In this document: positions 27,420 through 36,364 of the stretch, one piece after another
How positions within the stretch are numbered: position 1 is the stretch's first letter
Layout: every line of letters starts with the position of its first letter
Assembly (NCBI GenBank): GCA_021372575.1
Contig: JAJFUE010000152.1
Span: forward strand, 1,995-65,994
Direction of reading: 5' to 3'
Origin: a bacterium
GTDB taxonomy: Bacteria > Sumerlaeota > Sumerlaeia > MVZB01
Length of the DNA stretch: 64,000 nucleotides
Notes under the pieces: model-generated
The model's database searches: none
Seen by the model: only the letters and a program-made list of their open reading frames with translations
Told to the model about the DNA's origin: nothing
Position numbers and translations under genes: made by a program

Positions 27420-28169
27420 CTACATCAGCGTATTGCCGTCGGCGTCGATCATCTTGCCGGTCAGGATCATGACGACATCGACCAGGGCCCAGATGCCGAA
27501 GCCGCCGAGCGTCACGAGGCGCAGGATGGCGTCCTTTTTGCGGCCGAGATAGAACATGTGAAGGCCCAGGCAGCCGGGGCCCGGCAACGCCAGAATCATC
27601 GCGAGCCACTTGTTCTTGAAATCGGCGCTCTTGGGGGCCGACTGCGCCATCGGCGAGCCGGCCTCGATCGGCTGGAGATCCTTGGTGGCCTCGAGGGCCT
27701 GCGCCAGCGTCATGTTGCCCGGGTACGAGCGCAGCAGGCGGCCCAGGGTCTTGTTCATGTCGAGGAACAGGCCGTGCCAGTCGAGCTCGAGCTTGGAGCG
27801 CGTGTTTTCGGGCATGACCTGGATGTGAGCGAGGCTGACGGCCATGGACAGCACGTTCATGATGTCGTTGCCGCGGTCGAACTTGTCGGCCATGAGCTCG
27901 ACGAACATGAACTGCTTGCGGGCGAGCTGGCTCATGACCTGGAAGAAGGCCTTTTCCTCGGCGGGGGTGATTTCCTTTTCGGTGAGGTCCTCGGCGAAGA
28001 AGCGGAAGAACTGCATCCACAGGTTGATGTATTCGCGGCACACGACGATACGGTTGTCGAGCTTGACCAGATTCTCGACATACATCTTCTGTTCTTTGGT
28101 CAGCCGGACGGGGGCCTGCTTGTCGCCCTTAAGGTCCTTGGCTGCGCCGCCTCTAATGTTGATTGCCAT
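27420..28169 (-). CDS. TM2-domain membrane protein; the N-terminal roughly 120-aa cytoplasmic domain is paralogous to the protein encoded at 31632-32060
   Basis: C-terminal KNKWLAMILALPGPGCLGLHMFYLGRKKDAILRLVTLGGFGIWALVDVVMILTG matches the TM2 domain consensus. N-domain similarity to the 142-aa protein (ITPAEEKAFFQVMSQLARK vs ITPEHENAYLQLKSEVSRL; ...WHGLFLDMNKTLGRL vs ...WHRIYLKITRALGAL). Confidence 0.65.
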   Translation of the reverse strand: MAINIRGGAAKDLKGDKQAPVRLTKEQKMYVENLVKLDNRIVVCREYINLWMQFFRFFAEDLTEKEITPAEEKAFFQVMSQLARKQFMFVELMADKFDRGNDIMNVLSMAVSLAHIQVMPENTRSKLELDWHGLFLDMNKTLGRLLRSYPGNMTLAQALEATKDLQPIEAGSPMAQSAPKSADFKNKWLAMILALPGPGCLGLHMFYLGRKKDAILRLVTLGGFGIWALVDVVMILTGKMIDADGNTLM

Positions 28170-28227
28170 GGGTTATCTCGTCAAGGCCCGGCGGCGCCGC
28201 GCGCCAGCCGGGCCACCCTCCCCCCGT

Positions 28228-28353
28228 GTTAGTCTTTCTTGATCAAGTTGAACGCAAAGAAGAAATACACCATCAAGAGCAGGATGGCGACAAACGTCAA
28301 CCCCTCGATGCAATAAACCAGGTTGTTGCCCGAGATCAAGCCGGATATGAATC
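28228..28353 (-). CDS. 42-aa single-pass membrane peptide (MGFISGLISGNNLVYCIEGLTFVAILLLMVYFFFAFNLIKKD)
   Basis: Not in the ORF track (shorter than 60 aa). Lies between two co-oriented operon genes, has a good hydrophobic helix and an ATG start. Confidence 0.4.
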
Positions 28354-28379
28354 CCATTCGTAGCGACCTCTCAATTCAA

Positions 28380-31300
28380 TCAGCCGACCCGTTCGACCCC
28401 GACCGTCTTCTCCTGCATTCGCGGGTGCTCGACCTCGGCCTGGATCTTCTGCTCGGCCTGCTTGGCCTTGAGCATCTGCATGTAGGCGGTCTGGACGATA
28501 TTCGACGCGTCCGTCGCCGAATACTGGTCCAGGATCAGCATCTTTTCGAAGTTCTGGGCGGCTTCCTTGGCCAGCGACAGCATGCGAAGGGTTTCTTCGT
28601 GAATGGCCTGGCGCGTGGCGGGAACATTCATCCGCTCGACGCTGGCCCGGATCTGGGTCAGCTGGTTGCGCATTTCCGAGGGCGGCGCGGCATTGAGCAG
28701 CGAGACGGCGCGCGAGCGGCCCTGCGGGCCGATGACGAACTTGAGCATCGTCGTGCTGCCCATGTTCAGGACGATCCCGAACTTGTCGATCTGCTTGTTG
28801 AAATCGTTGAGGTACTGGGTCAGCTCGCTGTCGAACTGGCGCTGGTCGAGGCGCAGCTGAAGCGAGTCGAGCAGCTCCTGGGCGTCCTTGACGTTCTGGA
28901 AGCTGGAGCGGAACTTCTCGTTCTTGAAGTCGAGCTGGGCGTATTTGAGCTTGTTTTCGATGTCGCGCACGAGGGGCTCCTCGTCGCGGCGGGCGCCGCG
29001 GGCGTCAAGCGACGTGAGCCGCTCCTGCAAGGCCGTGGTGACGGTCTTGAGTGCCTCGGGCGTCGATTCCATCAGGCCGGCCAGCTGGGCCTCGAGCAAC
29101 TTCACCTTGTCCGCGTAGTCCTGGTACTTCTTGGGGTCGAAGTTGTTCTTGAGCTGGTTCATCTCGGCCATGATGCGGGCCATGTCCTTGATCTGGTAGA
29201 ACCCGGCGCCGCTCTTGCCGGCCTGGTCGAGGCGGGCCTTGAGCGAGTCCATCTGGTCGGCGAAGGCCATACGCTTGGCCTTGGCCGTCACGTCCTGGGC
29301 CGTGGTGAGCGCGAAGCTGGCCTCGACCTGCGCCTGCTGGTAGTTGCCCGAATCCATGTGCTCGCGGGCATTCTTGAGGCTGACGATCGCCTTGGCCATG
29401 CGGTCGGGCTGGTATTCGAAGCCGTTGAAGCGGCGGGCCGACGCGATGGCGTCCTCGGCGTTGTTGACCTCGGCCATGAGGGCGCCCTGGGCGGCATCGA
29501 CGGCCTGCGCGCCGATTTCGACGGCCTGCTCGTAGTGGTTCTGCGCGATCATGTCGTCCAGGTTCTTGCGCAGCGCCTGGGCCTGCTGGAGTTTTTCGGG
29601 GGCGAAGCGCGGGGCGCCGGCGGCGGTGGCGCGGCTGATCAGGATCTCGCTCTGGCGGGACATGTCCTCGGCCCACTTGCGCAGCGATTCCTGGGTGGCC
29701 TGGTTGGCGACCGACTGGGCGTTGGTCGCGGCCTCGATGGCCTCCTGCATGTTGCCGCCGCGCTCGAGCGAGCCCTTGGCCTGGTCGAGCAGGGTCATGG
29801 CCTGGGCCAGGGACTGGCTTTCATAGCGCTCGGCCCGTTTCTCGCGGGCCTGCTTGAGCTGATCGGAAGCCTGGTCGATGCGGCTGACGGCGACGCGCTC
29901 GAGTTCCTGGTAGAGGATGGAGAGCTGGGCCTTGGTGTCGGCGGCGCGGCGGACGGCCTCGCGGTACTGGGCCTTCTGGATCAGGGCCTTGGTTTCGTCG
30001 AGCATCGAATGGGTTTTGTCGAGCTCGACCTTGGCATACTGGCGGCCGCCCTCGCGTTCGTAGCGGGAGAGCTCGTTGGCGATCTCGAGGACGGAGTTGT
30101 GGGCGACGACGTGGAACGTCTCGCCGGTGATCTCCTCGGCGGACGTGCTGACCTTGCGGGCCACTTCGATCGCGACGTCAAAGTCCTTTTCCTGGCGGCG
30201 CACGGTGGCGAGCGTCAGGCTCAGGCCGGCGGTGCTGAGGCGGGAGCGAAGCTCTTCCTTCATGCCCTGCTTGGCGTCTTCCATGGCGCGGTCGGCGCCG
30301 GTCCAGTCGCCCGGGATCTTCTTGTCGAATATCTTCTCCATGGTCTTGAACGTCGCCTCGGCGGCGCCAAGCTGTTCGGAGGCCTTGTTGATTTCGTTCT
30401 GCGCGTAGGCGTCGAATTCGGCGTCGATGTTCTTGACGACGTCGAGGGCGCGCTCGGAGGTGGCGCGGGACTCGACGTAGAGCTGCTGGTCGAACTCGCT
30501 CTGGGCCTTGGAGGTCAGGTCGTCAAGCTGCTCGACGCGGCCGGGCAGGTAGATGCGGGCCTTGTTGTCGGTGAGGCGGGTGATCTCGTTGCGCGCGTTG
30601 GCCAGCTGCATCTTGGCGGCGTTGACCTTGGTCTCCTGGATGAGGGCCTCGGCTTCCTTCTTGACGTCCGGGGCGCCCTTGAGGACGGAGACGTAGTTGG
30701 CCTGGTCGAACTTGAGGAGCAGGTCGGCGAAGTCCTGGTGGGCCTTGGAGTCGGACTGGGCGGCGAAATCGGGCGACTTGAGCTTGACGGCGGTGGCGAG
30801 CAGGCCCTCGATTTCCTTGAGCTGGTTGTCGCTCTTGACGCGGCGGGTTTCGGTGATGCCCTTGTCGCGGGTCTGGCGCGCGGCGAGCCGCTCGTTCAAT
30901 GCGGAGCGGTAGTCGTTGTCGCGCTTGATGAAGGACTCGATCTTCTTGATGTGGTCGTCCATCTTGGTGATGGACTCGGCGTAGAACTGCTCGGCGCCCT
31001 CGTCGATCAGTTCCTTCCTCATGTCCTGGGTTTCCTTGAGGCCCTTTTCGGCGTCCTGACGCAGGTTGGACAGGAGCGACTGGGTGTCGCCGATGACCTT
31101 GAGGAACGTTTCGATGGCGGCCTCGTACTTCTGCTTGTCGTACTGGTCGTTGCGGCCGTGGTCGTTGAGCTGCTGGATGGCGTTGTACTTGCCCTGGTCG
31201 ATGGAGGCGGCGTCGTTCTTCTTGGCGATCTGGAGCCAGCCCCACGCCTCGTCGCGCAGCGCGCTGGCGCGGCGGGTGATGGTCTCATTGAGCAGGTTCT

Positions 31301-31622
31301 TGGCCAAGTCGGCGGCCTGCTTGGCCGACACACGCGCTTCCGCATAGCGCGCCGTGCCGATTTCGCCGGCGGCCTTGGTGATGGCCTGGTCGGTCTGCTT
31401 GAGAAGTTCGGGCGCGAACCTGATCGCGTCGTGTTTTTGAGCCTCGGCCTTGCGGTTCTGGGCCTGACTCTGGGAGTACTGGGCCAACATTTTGTTGCAG
31501 CCCATCGTGGAAATCAGGACGAGGCACAGGCTCAGCAGTCCCAAGTTCCGGCGCAGACGATTGACGGTGTGCACGACAGCATTCCTCCCAGGCAGACTTA
31601 ACAGGATCCGTGGCAATTTCAA
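28380..31622 (-). CDS. 1080-aa all-alpha (coiled-coil / helical-repeat) exported protein, probable lipoprotein; hypothetical
   Basis: N-terminal signal ...LGLLSLCLVLISTMGC. Extreme K/E/Q/A-rich helical composition with recurring ...YxxAxxxxxxAxxxL... periodicity. The opposite-strand 1092-aa ORF is a G/L/V/D-rich antisense artefact. Confidence 0.65.
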   Translation of the reverse strand: MKLPRILLSLPGRNAVVHTVNRLRRNLGLLSLCLVLISTMGCNKMLAQYSQSQAQNRKAEAQKHDAIRFAPELLKQTDQAITKAAGEIGTARYAEARVSAKQAADLAKNLLNETITRRASALRDEAWGWLQIAKKNDAASIDQGKYNAIQQLNDHGRNDQYDKQKYEAAIETFLKVIGDTQSLLSNLRQDAEKGLKETQDMRKELIDEGAEQFYAESITKMDDHIKKIESFIKRDNDYRSALNERLAARQTRDKGITETRRVKSDNQLKEIEGLLATAVKLKSPDFAAQSDSKAHQDFADLLLKFDQANYVSVLKGAPDVKKEAEALIQETKVNAAKMQLANARNEITRLTDNKARIYLPGRVEQLDDLTSKAQSEFDQQLYVESRATSERALDVVKNIDAEFDAYAQNEINKASEQLGAAEATFKTMEKIFDKKIPGDWTGADRAMEDAKQGMKEELRSRLSTAGLSLTLATVRRQEKDFDVAIEVARKVSTSAEEITGETFHVVAHNSVLEIANELSRYEREGGRQYAKVELDKTHSMLDETKALIQKAQYREAVRRAADTKAQLSILYQELERVAVSRIDQASDQLKQAREKRAERYESQSLAQAMTLLDQAKGSLERGGNMQEAIEAATNAQSVANQATQESLRKWAEDMSRQSEILISRATAAGAPRFAPEKLQQAQALRKNLDDMIAQNHYEQAVEIGAQAVDAAQGALMAEVNNAEDAIASARRFNGFEYQPDRMAKAIVSLKNAREHMDSGNYQQAQVEASFALTTAQDVTAKAKRMAFADQMDSLKARLDQAGKSGAGFYQIKDMARIMAEMNQLKNNFDPKKYQDYADKVKLLEAQLAGLMESTPEALKTVTTALQERLTSLDARGARRDEEPLVRDIENKLKYAQLDFKNEKFRSSFQNVKDAQELLDSLQLRLDQRQFDSELTQYLNDFNKQIDKFGIVLNMGSTTMLKFVIGPQGRSRAVSLLNAAPPSEMRNQLTQIRASVERMNVPATRQAIHEETLRMLSLAKEAAQNFEKMLILDQYSATDASNIVQTAYMQMLKAKQAEQKIQAEVEHPRMQEKTVGVERVG

Positions 31623-31631
31623 ATGCCGGCT

Positions 31632-32060
31632 TTATTTCTTCTTGACCGGTTCCTTCGAGCGAAGCCGATCGCGATGCATGTGAGGGTAGTAACCCGACTT
31701 CATGACTTCAAGGGCGCCGAGGGCGCGCGTGATCTTCAGGTAAATGCGGTGCCAGCCTGCGTAGTAATTCTGGCGCTCGGCCGCGCCCTGATTGCTCAGA
31801 TGCTCCATCGTCATGGCGTTCTTGAGCATCTCCATCATCTTGTCGCCTTCGAATGCCAGGCCGCGCGGAAGGCGGTCCGAGACCATTCGGTAAAGCCGCG
31901 AGACTTCGCTTTTGAGCTGAAGGTAGGCGTTCTCATGCTCGGGCGTGATCGGCCCCTCCCCAAACGCCTTTTGGAAGATCAGCTTGATGCGCATCCATGC
32001 CTCGAGCAATTTCTTGATCGATTCGTGGAGGTGTTCTACATCGTCAACCGTCAGTGCCAT
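31632..32060 (-). CDS. Small cytoplasmic protein, paralog of the N-domain of the TM2 protein
   Basis: See the alignment evidence under 27420-28169. Only a 9-nt gap to the downstream gene. Confidence 0.55.
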   Translation of the reverse strand: MALTVDDVEHLHESIKKLLEAWMRIKLIFQKAFGEGPITPEHENAYLQLKSEVSRLYRMVSDRLPRGLAFEGDKMMEMLKNAMTMEHLSNQGAAERQNYYAGWHRIYLKITRALGALEVMKSGYYPHMHRDRLRSKEPVKKK

Positions 32061-32094
32061 ATGCCCTGAATCTCTTTCCGGTTAATTCGCAAGA

Positions 32095-33153
32095 CTACAC
32101 GCCGCCCTCGATGCCGCCGCCGCCGCCGGGCCCACCCATGCCGGGCATGCCGGGCATGTTGCCCATCGGATTCATCGCGCTCTGGCGCGCCGACTCTTCC
32201 GCGCGCATCAGGGCCTGAGGATCGCTGAACGGGGTCCACTGCTGCCCGAACGGGGGCGCGACCGTCGGCGGCTGGGGCGGCAGCGGAATATAGAGCGAGT
32301 AGAACTGGCTCGTCATGTCATCCTTGTTGGTGCGGAATTCCTGAAGGAAGCGGACGGCCCAGTTGCTCTTGATGTTGGCGTCCTTTTCCTGTTCTTTCTG
32401 GCGATAGTTCGGAACGGTCACCGTGGCCGAGGTCTGCACCTCGCGGAACGTGAAACCGGGGCCGCCCTCGGGGACCGGCACGAGCCGCCACGCGCGATTG
32501 CGCGGCGCAGTGTCAGAGCGCTCCGTGCTGGCGATCGGGATCCCGAAATACTGGAGCGGGGTCATGCCGTCGGCGACAACAAGCGCCTTGACCAGCTGTT
32601 CCTTGAACCGCTGGTTCGACATCCCGAGGGCGTCCTTGCGCTCATCGACCTTGGCCATCTCGCCGTCGTTCGGCGTCACGTCGCCGTGCGTGCCGTCATC
32701 GAAATATTTTTCTGCTTCGGATTGCGGAACTTTTTTCTGAATCGGCTCGTCGAGCAGCGAGCCCGTGATCGCGTCGAACACGCGCGTGCCGGTGATGACG
32801 GTGATCGTCTGGCCGGTGGGAAGCACCGGGGCCGGAGCCGTCGTCGTGGGTTGGTTGGGAGCCGGGGTGCCGCTGGTCGGCGGAGGAGTTTGCGGAGGAG
32901 TCTGTGGCGCGGGCGGCTGCGTTGTCGGCGGAGCGCCCGCCTGCGTGTTGCCCTGCTTCAAACCTTGCGCGCGCTTTAAGGCTTCGTTGCCGACGCCCGA
33001 GCTGACGGAACCGCTGCTCATCTCCGACGAAATCGCGGAGGTGGCCTCCAATTCCATAAGCCCCTGCGCGGCGCCGCGAGTTGGCGTCAGTACGATCAAC
33101 GCCGCGGCCAGAGCCAGCGACCCGATCCACTTGGCCGTCGATTTGATTTTCAT
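32095..33153 (-). CDS. Secreted protein with a Pro/Thr-rich linker and a Gly/Met/Pro-rich C-terminal tail; hypothetical (first gene of the operon)
   Basis: Signal peptide MKIKSTAKWIGSLALAAALIVLTPTRGAAQG. PPTTQPPAPQTPPQTPPPTSGTPAPNQPTTTAPAPVLP linker. C-terminal MNPMGNMPGMPGMGGPGGGGG. Confidence 0.55.
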   Translation of the reverse strand: MKIKSTAKWIGSLALAAALIVLTPTRGAAQGLMELEATSAISSEMSSGSVSSGVGNEALKRAQGLKQGNTQAGAPPTTQPPAPQTPPQTPPPTSGTPAPNQPTTTAPAPVLPTGQTITVITGTRVFDAITGSLLDEPIQKKVPQSEAEKYFDDGTHGDVTPNDGEMAKVDERKDALGMSNQRFKEQLVKALVVADGMTPLQYFGIPIASTERSDTAPRNRAWRLVPVPEGGPGFTFREVQTSATVTVPNYRQKEQEKDANIKSNWAVRFLQEFRTNKDDMTSQFYSLYIPLPPQPPTVAPPFGQQWTPFSDPQALMRAEESARQSAMNPMGNMPGMPGMGGPGGGGGIEGGV

Positions 33154-33460
33154 GGCCTTGTCATCCTTCTAAACCATGCAAAAACAGACATCCGCCCTCC
33201 GCTGGTTCTAACGGAAGACGAACTGGACTGTCAATCGACAAATCGCCCCACGCGGCCGAATTTCCGCCTTCGGCACCCGCATCAGGCCTCCATCACTCAC
33301 AAATGTGGTTCCAAATCCCTCAAACTGCAACCAGAAAATTGTTGTCTCATATGGATTTCTGCATCCGTACCCTGATTCTACACCCGAACGCGTTTTTAGG
33401 GGCATCGATTTGCCCCAAAGAGCCCCCAGGACCCAATGGACCTCAAGGCCTAAAACCGAT

Positions 33461-35365
33461 TCATTCGAATATGACGTTGATCTCCGCGATGGCCGCGCCG
33501 AGCGTACGGAAATCGCTGTAGCCGGGCTTGTCCTGCGCGGGCGAATGCACCCAGGACAGCCCCAGCTCGATGCGGTTGTATCCTTTCGTGAGCGCGCCGG
33601 CCGGCACTTGCCAGGTTTGCGTCGAGAATCCCGCCGGCAACGCGCGCCGCTCCAGGAGCAGCGTGCCGACGCGGGGCTGGATCCACTGCGGCGGCCCGCC
33701 GGGCCACTGGAACGGCATGAGCGTGATGCTGAGCCTGGCGGGAGCGGCTCGCAGGAGGGGGAAGTTGAACCAGCCGACGGTGCGCGTGAGCCAGCGCACG
33801 GAAAAATCCTTCGACCACGTCTCGGGCTCGCTCCAGCCCGATCCGAGCAACACCGCGGGGACCCATCCCGGACGGAACGCCGGCGGGTCGCCGAGCGCCG
33901 CCGTGAGCTGGCCCAGTTTTTCGATCGGCGGCGCCTGGGCGAGCGGCTCGATCATGACGCCGCGCACAGTCGCAGTTTTCCCCTGATCGCCGAAGGCCTG
34001 ATCGACGCGCCAGTAGGGCGAGTCGGGCAGGTTTTGCGCGGCGTCGGCGGTGAACAACGGTGCGTTCACGCCCTCGCGATGCAGGTAATATTCAAGCGGC
34101 ACATGCACCAGATGGCTGGTGGCGACGATGCGCTGGCCGGGTTGAACGCGCTCGCGCAGGTAACGGGCCGCCGCGCGCCAGTCCGTTTTCCGATCGCGGT
34201 CGGCGGCGTGGAACGCAAGCATGGCGGCGGCGGCCGCGAGAACGATCGCCGGCATGAGGAACGGACGCCTCACGCGTTCGGCGATCGCCAGCGCGCCTTG
34301 CGCCATCAGCATGCACAGGCCCGGCACGCAATAGATCGTGTAGCGCGAGTAGAACTTGCGGTTGATGAGCGCATAGAACACGACGGCCGCGACCGGCAGG
34401 CCGATCGACCACAGCACGACGAACGCCGCCGCGCGCCGGTCGGCGCGGAAGGCGCGAACCGAGCCGATGAGCACGAAGGCCATTCCAAGAAGCGCGGCGC
34501 CCCATGCCAGAGCCATTTGCGGCTGGGGTCCGGCAAGGTGCTCGGCGATCCACCCGACCAGCATTGCCGGATGGATCGGAGTGAATTTCCAGAAGTATTC
34601 GGAGGGGGTGGGGATATCGACGCGCGAGCGCAGCGGCAAGGCCGCGAGAACGACCACGCCGATCAAAGCCAGAAACCAAAAGAGCGGGCTGAAATCAAAG
34701 CGCCGCCGCTCGAGTGTGGGGGCAATCAGCACAAACAGCAGCTCGCACGCAAGCACCAGCGCGGTTGCATATAATGTATAAAGCGCGACGACCGTGACGA
34801 CGCCCAAGCCGGTCAACCACGCCCACGCGTTTTTTTCGTGCTCGTGCTCGTGCTCGTGCTCGTAATCGTAATCGTAATCGAATACCCTTCCGGCCCTCAC
34901 CCACCACTCCCAAAACAGCCACATCTGACCGATGAGGAGCGCGGTGATCATCGCGTAGGGCCGGGCCTCGCGTGAATAATGAATGAGCAGCGCGTGCGCC
35001 GAGGCCAGCGCCAGCGTCGCCCACGCCACGCGCGATCCGAACAACCTGCGCGCGAAACCGAAGATCAAAACCAGGGTGATGACGCCCGCGATGGCCTCCG
35101 GCAGGCGATGGCTGACTTCCTTCGCGAGCGGCAAGCGGTCGGCAACGGACTGGATGTAATAGTCGAGCGGCGGCTTGTCGCGCGGGATGCGGTTGAGGAT
35201 TTCTGACGGCGGACCCTCGACGATCCGCGCGCTGAAGACTTCGTCGATCCAGAAGCTCTCGCGCCCCAGATCATGCACGCGCAACCAGACACCGATGGCG
35301 AGCAACGCGATGGAAATGCCAATCAGCAACGCGCCGGGTCGGGAGTATGTCGTTTCAGGGTTCAT
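33461..35365 (-). CDS. GT-C fold glycosyltransferase (family 39/83, ArnT/PMT-like) with an in-frame hexamer-repeat insertion
   Basis: ...ESFWIDEVFSARIV... and ...PPLDYYI... are ArnT/PMT_2 hallmarks, in a multi-TM topology. The internal stretch RVFDYDYDYEHEHEHEHEKNAW is encoded by repeat copy 4. Confidence 0.7.
   Translation of the reverse strand: MNPETTYSRPGALLIGISIALLAIGVWLRVHDLGRESFWIDEVFSARIVEGPPSEILNRIPRDKPPLDYYIQSVADRLPLAKEVSHRLPEAIAGVITLVLIFGFARRLFGSRVAWATLALASAHALLIHYSREARPYAMITALLIGQMWLFWEWWVRAGRVFDYDYDYEHEHEHEHEKNAWAWLTGLGVVTVVALYTLYATALVLACELLFVLIAPTLERRRFDFSPLFWFLALIGVVVLAALPLRSRVDIPTPSEYFWKFTPIHPAMLVGWIAEHLAGPQPQMALAWGAALLGMAFVLIGSVRAFRADRRAAAFVVLWSIGLPVAAVVFYALINRKFYSRYTIYCVPGLCMLMAQGALAIAERVRRPFLMPAIVLAAAAAMLAFHAADRDRKTDWRAAARYLRERVQPGQRIVATSHLVHVPLEYYLHREGVNAPLFTADAAQNLPDSPYWRVDQAFGDQGKTATVRGVMIEPLAQAPPIEKLGQLTAALGDPPAFRPGWVPAVLLGSGWSEPETWSKDFSVRWLTRTVGWFNFPLLRAAPARLSITLMPFQWPGGPPQWIQPRVGTLLLERRALPAGFSTQTWQVPAGALTKGYNRIELGLSWVHSPAQDKPGYSDFRTLGAAIAEINVIFE
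34836..34882 (-). repeat. Hexamer-tandem dispersed repeat, copy 4, in frame inside the GT39-like CDS
   Basis: tcgtgctcgtgctcgtgctcgtgctcgtaatcgtaatcgtaatcgaa is the reverse complement of TTCGATTAC(GATTAC)2(GAGCAC)4GA. Confidence 0.85.
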
Positions 35366-35519
35366 CGCGCGTGAAGGGACCGATGGGAATGATGGGAATC
35401 ATGGGAAACATTCGTCATTTCCGGCGTTCGCAGCCAACGATGGAGACATTGGCGCATTGCATGATCGCGGTTCCAATTCCGGTTGACTCGGAATGGATTT
35501 TAATTCCGCACTCCGCATT

Positions 35520-36164
35520 TTATTGTTCGCTTCTGGTCAATATTTTCACGAACGCGAAGTAGTCCCATGCGCCGTCGCGCGACTTCATGCGGTAGATTTC
35601 GTAGGCGTCCTTCGCCGAGTGCACGGTGCGCTGGCTTGCGACGTGAACGTTGGCGAGCTGGCCGCGCGAAACGAGGTTGAACACCGAATACAACTTAATC
35701 CCCGACGCCTGGTTGAGAGGCAGCAAATCGATCGCGACGGTCGTCAACTCGAGCTCGCCCGGCATGGCGCGCCCCGAGGCCCCTTCGGGATAATACACCT
35801 CCGACATATACCCGCCGAAGTCGCCGTATTTGACCTTGCAGCGCGGCGACATCAGCGTCTTCGCGAGCGGATGCGACTCGAACAGATCGACGACGTCCTG
35901 CGTGACCGGCTTGCCGAGCTCGATCTTCTTGCGCAGGTCGAAGCTCATCTTCTGATACGCAGCCGACGGCAGCGCCAGCAGCTCGATCTCGAACTGCACC
36001 TCGTTGCGGCCGATGTCGTAACGCGCCTTGACGAGCGGGGGCGCGGCGGTTTTTTGCACGGTCGTGGCCCCGGCGGGTTGATTCTGTCCAGTTGCGTGCT
36101 TGCACGCGGCGCCAAGAACGATCATCAGCATCAGGCAATAAACGGCACTCGGTCTTAACCTCAT
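35520..36164 (-). CDS. Secreted hypothetical protein; paralog of the protein at 38542-39198 (GH20-associated pair)
   Basis: Signal peptide. Shared motifs FEIELLALPSAAY / FEIELLAMPTKAY and DYFAFVKILTRSE / DYLVFLKVSQE. Confidence 0.55.
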   Translation of the reverse strand: MRLRPSAVYCLMLMIVLGAACKHATGQNQPAGATTVQKTAAPPLVKARYDIGRNEVQFEIELLALPSAAYQKMSFDLRKKIELGKPVTQDVVDLFESHPLAKTLMSPRCKVKYGDFGGYMSEVYYPEGASGRAMPGELELTTVAIDLLPLNQASGIKLYSVFNLVSRGQLANVHVASQRTVHSAKDAYEIYRMKSRDGAWDYFAFVKILTRSEQ

Positions 36165-36199
36165 ATCTTCACCTCTGCGCAGGCCAACCTCAGGTTTCT

Positions 36200-36340
36200 G
36201 TCGCCCCTACGGGGCTCATGATGTGAGTGCGGCAGCTTGCTGCCGCTTAAACCCAGGGGAGCTTGCTCCCCGGTTCGCATGCCGGCCAGTCACGGGCAAG
36301 CAAGCTTGCCCGGCAAAAGCGGGAGCAAGCTCCCGCACTC
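36200..36340. other. Tandem array of 5 stem-loops, four sharing an AGCTTGCT / AGCAAGCT core. Candidate structured RNA, attenuator or REP-like array between the GH20 gene and the paralog-A gene.
   Basis: GCCCCtacGGGGC (36203-36215), GCGGCAGcttgCTGCCGC (36229-36246), GGGGAGcttgCTCCCC (36256-36271), CGGGCAAGcaagCTTGCCCG (36293-36312), GCGGGAGCaaGCTCCCGC (36319-36336). The outer GAGTGCGG...CCGCACTC pair also matches. Confidence 0.6.
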
Positions 36341-36364
36341 CACATGGACTCACGATCCACGCGC

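Noticed and set aside
27318-28232. 304-aa plus-strand ORF starting inside hexamer repeat copy 3 (MSGSITITITSTNTNTNT...)
   Set aside because: It reads through a bidirectional terminator hairpin and is antisense to the TM2-domain gene, whose product has a recognisable domain and a paralog in the operon.
28323-31601. 1092-aa plus-strand ORF overlapping the 1080-aa minus-strand gene
   Set aside because: G/L/V/D/A-rich low-complexity translation typical of the antisense frame of a high-GC gene. The minus-strand product has a signal peptide, coherent helical composition and operon partners.
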